Assembly: GCF_006345805.1 (NCBI RefSeq)
Contig: NW_021836337.1
Location: forward strand, 1 to 24,573
Direction of reading: 5' to 3'
From: Octopus sinensis
Taxonomy: Eukaryota
DNA: 24,573 nucleotides
The notes under the pieces: model-generated
What the model was told of the DNA's origin: nothing
What the model saw: the letters and a program-made list of their open reading frames with translations, nothing else
Database searches by the model: none
Translations under genes and position numbers: made by a program
In this document: positions 20,071 through 24,573 of the stretch, in pieces
Layout of the letters: each line of letters opens with the position of its first letter
Numbering within the stretch: position 1 is the stretch's first letter

Positions 20071-20380
20071 AATAATAATAATAGTAATAATAATAATAAT
20101 AATAATAATGATAATGGGAACTGCTCATATCCTACGCAAAATACTTTCTATGTATCCCAAGTTTTAAAGCAAACATAATTTTCTTATGTTTTTTTAGACA
20201 TTCACTAATACAACAATAAGTACAAAACGAAATATATGGCACCGTAGGCATAACACCAGCATGAACTTCCAACTTGTTGTCTCTTGAGGTCCCTTGATGA
20301 GATTTCGAGCCATCTTGTACAAATGTAAAACAGAAGTCAAACATAATAATAATAATAATAATAATGATAATAATAATAAT
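20071..20380. repeat. (AAT)n microsatellite split by a retroelement insertion
   Basis: (AAT)n at 20071-20113 and 20344-20380. Confidence 0.95.
20114..20343 (+). mobile_element. R4/Dong-type element, extreme 3' end (ORF C-terminus plus 3' UTR)
   Basis: ATGGGAACTGCTCATATCCTACGCAAAATACTTTCT = MGTAHILRKILS, the G(T/S)AHILR C-terminal motif of R4/Dong ORFs (compare LGSEHIQSK at ~7540). Flanked by (AAT)n on both sides. Confidence 0.75.
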
Positions 20381-20721
20381 ACATATATATACATACATGT
20401 ATACCTATAGATACATATATATGCGTACATATACATATATGTGTGCACATGTTTGTATGTGTGTGTGTGTGTGTGTGTGCCTGTGTGTGTATGTGTGTGT
20501 ACCGATCAGCTTGTATATTCAGGGAACGAAAGAGAGATTGGGGGATTCATTATTTGAGACAATCGTTAATTTCATTTAAGTAATAAGAAAATACCCTCAA
20601 AATAAAGTGAAACGATATTCAATGGTTCAGCATGAGCGGTCACTTGGAGTTTCCTGTCCACACTGTCCAGGCGACTGACGCAGTGGCTCATAAGGCTTTC
20701 TCATAAGGCTGATCTACCATA

Positions 20722-20886
20722 GGCGCAGGAGTGGCTGTGTGGTAAGTAGCTTGCTTACCAACCACATGGGTCCGGGTTCAGTCCCACTGCGTGGCACCTT
20801 GGGTAAGTGTATTCTACTATAGCCTCGGGTCGATCAAAGCCTTGTGAGTGGATTCGGTAGACGGAATTTGAAGGAAGCCCTTCGTA

Positions 20887-20962
<76 letters not shown>

Positions 20963-21174
20963 CGTGTGTGTGTGTGTTTGTCTGTGTTTGTCCCCCAGCA
21001 TCCCTTGACAACAGATGCTGGTGTGTTTACGTCCCCGTAACTTAGCGGTTCGGCAAAATGGACCGATAGAATAATTACCAGGCTTACAAAGAATAAGTCC
21101 TGGGGTCGATTTGCACGATTAAAGGCAGTGCTCCAGCATGGCCGCAGTCAAATGACTGAAACAAGTAAAAGAGT
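20722..21174 (+). mobile_element. tRNA-derived CORE-type SINE (OR2-like), full length, least decayed copy
   Basis: A/B-box-like head, CACCTTGGGTAAGT, internal (TA)n(TG)n at 20884-20990, tail CAGTCAAATGACTGAAACAAGTAAAAGAG. Confidence 0.93.
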
Positions 21175-21689
21175 ACCAGCACAGAATGCAACTTCGCTGG
21201 ATATTTTTCGTTAGACTCATGGAACAAATAACAATGTCTACAAAAACAAGACGAACAGACTTGATAGATTTCTTAGAATTACTGCAGATTTCTATAGAAT
21301 GACGTTTCTGAGAAAGGTGAATTTCAAAGGTATATTGGCTTGCACCCGTGTTGAACTTGTGATTGAAGATATCGTCTTGGAATCCACGCATTCAAAGAAT
21401 AGAAGCTGGTTATAGTATTTGTAATAAAGAGTCGTTGAGATGTGAATTGTGCTAAAGATAGAGACCTAAGTAAGCTGTTAATTTGCTTGGAAGATGTTTT
21501 TATAAAGTTTACTCGGTTCAGTCAGTGAAGGTCAACAGTGGCCTATAACATGGCTGCCATTATGTGAGTTTATCTGTTGTGTGACAAACATATGGGCGTC
21601 CTACAGAAGCACTTGTTTACATGTGTTTTTGTATGTATATATCTATGCGTTAATTATGTATTTATTTATCTCTCTCTCTATTATTATAA

Positions 21690-21738
21690 CCGTTATATAT
21701 ACAATATATATATACATATATATACACATATATATATC

Positions 21739-21829
<91 letters not shown>

Positions 21830-21835
21830 TATATA

Positions 21836-21913
<78 letters not shown>

Positions 21914-21992
21914 ACATATGTCTATATAACGGTATGGATATATGTACTAACTACGTATATGGTGTGTGTGTGTTGTGTGTATATATATATAG

Positions 21993-22035
<43 letters not shown>

Positions 22036-22050
22036 GGAGAGACAGATAGA
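21690..22050. repeat. Long (TA)n/(TG)n/(GA)n microsatellite field
   Basis: Visible. Confidence 0.95.
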
Positions 22051-22300
22051 TACATATATACTACATTTAAATGTATGCGCATTTGTATATAACAGACACA
22101 AATGAAACAAACACGTCACATTCATGCGCGCACATTTCGCGCATGCTCATTCGCTGGAACGCAGATACTCAGGTATAAATGGGGTATAGGGGTATAAAGT
22201 AGTAATGTAGAACAGTTTAATTGAAGCATCTTTTTCGGTATTCCGCTCCCTCTGAATAAAAATCCTAGGTTTACAACATTTCTGGGTTTTTTACCCTGCC

Positions 22301-22435
22301 ATTCATCTACTTCTCTATTCATCTACCCGTCCATTCTGCTACCTCTCTAGTCATCTACCCGTCCATTCCGCTACCTCTCTATTCATCTACCACTCCATTT
22401 ATCTACCCCTCCAGTCCAGGGAGGGGTAGATGAAT
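22301..22435. repeat. 16-bp minisatellite (7 units) followed by one inverted unit
   Basis: Units approximate ATTCATCTACCCCTCC at 22301, 22317, 22333, 22349, 22365, 22381 and 22397. After a 7-nt spacer comes GGAGGGGTAGATGAAT (22420-22435), the reverse complement of the unit. Confidence 0.9.
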
Positions 22436-23274
22436 AACATATCTTCCTCTAGCTCTTTTGGCTCCTAAACATCCTGAGCTCAAATCTCAAATAGGGTTTC
22501 ATTTCCGACATGTGTCTATGACAGTACCCCATAATACATATGGAGAAGGGTGGAAGACCCTACTCACGGGCGGACACGGGCTATCAGAAGGAAAACTCAT
22601 CGCGACAGGGTAAACTCTGCCATGGCATCTAAAAGTGAGTGTATGAAGATGAAAAATAGAAGGGTACAGACAGCTACCCCATTCTACATTAATCGAAATG
22701 AACAGCAGAAGATGGAATGTTTCAGAATGCTTGGAAAATTTTCTTGCAAAGAAGAGACCTGTCTTACACGCGCACACTCACACGTGTCAGTAAATATGTA
22801 TGTGTATATGGATATGTGCACACATATATATTATGTGTTTGTGCGTGTGTGTGTGTGTTTGTTTTTTTGCTTGTGTGTGTGTGTGTGTGTGCATGTTTAT
22901 GTGTGTGTGTGCTTCTGATTTGAAAAAGATACAGATACTTATTTACATCTCCATCAATTCGCTTAACTGAATACAGACATAAAGTGACACCCGTGACTTT
23001 AAAATTAAAAGTGTAAAGCACTAAATACAGTTATAGACTGGAATTCAGACTGGTTTTGAAGGGGTGAACAATATTGATATTAGAACATCAGAATGGGGAA
23101 ACGGGTGGCATTCCACGGTGTTACTTGAACTTAGAATGTATAAAGCCGAAATAATTGCTATTAAACCAACTATATCACACAGCCATTGTCCTTCAAAGGA
23201 CAAACTAAATGGTATAATAAAGCTATAACAATTAACCATCACTACATTAAAAATATATGTGCATATATATTTCA

Positions 23275-23621
23275 TGGCTCAGTGGTTAGAACGTCGGGAT
23301 CACAATCGTGGGGTTGTGAGTTCGATTCCTGGATCTGGGCGTGTGTTTGGTTCTTGAATAAGATATTTTATTTCACATTGCTCCGATTCACTCAGCTGTC
23401 GAAATGAGTTATGACGCAATTGGTACAAAGTTATGTCGACCTTTGGCTTTCTCTTGGATCATCACCGGCGTGGAGAGGAGAGGCTGATATGCATGGGTAA
23501 CTGTTACATGGGTAACTGTTACATGGGTAACTGATATGCATGGGTAACAATGTTGGCCGGACTAGCGCATTGGAAATGCAATCCCATGTTCATTCATGTC
23601 CGGGCAGGGGCTTTACCCTTC
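23275..23621 (+). mobile_element. tRNA-derived SINE of a third family, with CORE-like region and internal tandem duplication
   Basis: A box TGGCTCAGTGG (23275-23285), B box GAGTTCGATTCC (23318-23329), CORE-like TTCTTGAATAAGATATTTTATTTCACATTGCTCC..CTCAGCTGTCGAAATGAG, end GGGGCTTTACCCTT. Confidence 0.8.
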
Positions 23622-23738
23622 ATATATATATATATGTGTGTGTGTGTGTATAAATATATATATGTACATAAAAGTGAGATACATATAGACTGACGTATAT
23701 ATGTTTACAGATGTGTCCAACATATATATGTATGTATG

Positions 23739-23807
<69 letters not shown>

Positions 23808-23814
23808 AATTTCA

Positions 23815-23978
23815 CTCTTTTATTTGTTTGTCATTTGTCTGCGGCTATGCGGAGCACCGCTTTTCAGTCGAACAAATGCAAGACTCATTCTTTCTAAGCC
23901 TAGTACTTTCTCTATCGTTTCTTTTGCCGGTTGTCAAGCGATGGCGGGGGGAGACAAACACAGTCAGCAACATGCACA

Positions 23979-24025
<47 letters not shown>

Positions 24026-24150
24026 AGATTCCGTCTATCCACTCACAAGGCTTTGGTCGACCCGAGACTATATTAGAAGACAGTTGCCTAAGGTGCCAGA
24101 CAGTGGGACTGAACCGGAAACCATGTGGTTGGTAAGCAAGATTCTTACCA
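23815..24150 (-). mobile_element. tRNA-derived CORE-type SINE (OR2-like), with internal (CA)n on the plus strand
   Basis: Reverse complement matches the head (CAGTCCCACTG), the ACAAGGCTTTGGTCGACCCGAG block and the tail of the other copies. Confidence 0.88.
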
Positions 24151-24389
24151 TGTGTATATGAGTTAACGTGTGGGCTTTCTATGTGTATATGTTGGGTGTT
24201 TGTGTTTGTGAACACTGCAAACAAAAAAAAATTCAACTGCATCAAGGATTTCGTCTATCTGATCAACTTAGATTCATCTGCTAATGATTTTATTGGTCTG
24301 CAATCGAACAGTGGAACTACAAGAATGCACCATACACACCATTACAGACAGAATATATCATCTATAGCTCCAGCCAAATGTAAATTACA

Positions 24390-24426
24390 CGTATACTTAT
24401 GTATATATATACATATACATATATTC

Positions 24427-24464
<38 letters not shown>

Positions 24465-24560
24465 ATGTGTATATATATAAATGTGTGTGTATATATATAT
24501 TTCTATGTGGATATATGGATCTATATATGTATGTTTGTATGTTTGTATGTATGTATACAA
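24390..24560. repeat. (TA)n/(TATG)n microsatellite field
   Basis: Visible. Confidence 0.92.
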
Positions 24561-24573
24561 ACTCATAGATGAA

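Noticed and set aside
20687-20710. 11-bp direct repeat CTCATAAGGCT just upstream of a SINE
   Set aside because: Both copies are on the same side of the SINE, so it is not a TSD; probably local slippage.
21180-21560. LRCELC and KISSWN words suggesting a LINE remnant
   Set aside because: Isolated short words without correctly spaced companion motifs.
22123-22157. Perfect hairpin CATGCGCG/CGCGCATG followed by CTGG, like a Helitron 3' end
   Set aside because: The base after CTGG is A rather than the expected T of an A^T target, and no 5' TC end or RepHel sequence was identified.
22301-22435. CRISPR-like appearance of the 16-bp repeats
   Set aside because: Units are directly adjacent with no unique spacers, there are no cas genes, and the context is eukaryotic.
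22500-22918. ORF 22550..22918 and an RTE-5'-like word AGAAGGAAAACTC
   Set aside because: The ORF runs into (TG)n, and one short word is not enough to call an RTE 5' end.

Overview
AT-rich eukaryotic DNA made almost entirely of microsatellites and decayed retroelements. The SINE and LINE types resemble those I know from octopus/cephalopod genomes; that species assignment is recognition, not a search result. No host protein-coding gene, rRNA, true tRNA gene or CRISPR array is supported, and nearly all listed ORFs are artefacts of (TA)n, (CA)n and (ACT)n repeats. Real protein similarity is limited to broken LINE remnants: three Tx1/L1-clade copies, three R4/Dong-type (RLE) copies and one RTE 3' end. 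Several tRNA-derived SINE families and a Penelope-like terminal repeat are also present. The most notable structure is an ~8 kb run (about 6030-14012) of retroelements joined almost end to end by (AAT/ATT)n spacers. All three Tx1-like copies begin directly after (ATT)n, which suggests microsatellite-targeted insertion. Secondary signals are an internally deleted Tx1-like element, an orphan structured element inside (AAT)n, degenerate hammerhead-like motifs, sequence-divergent SINE 3' hairpins and a 16-bp minisatellite with a fold-back copy. I found nothing I can call a new functional system with confidence.
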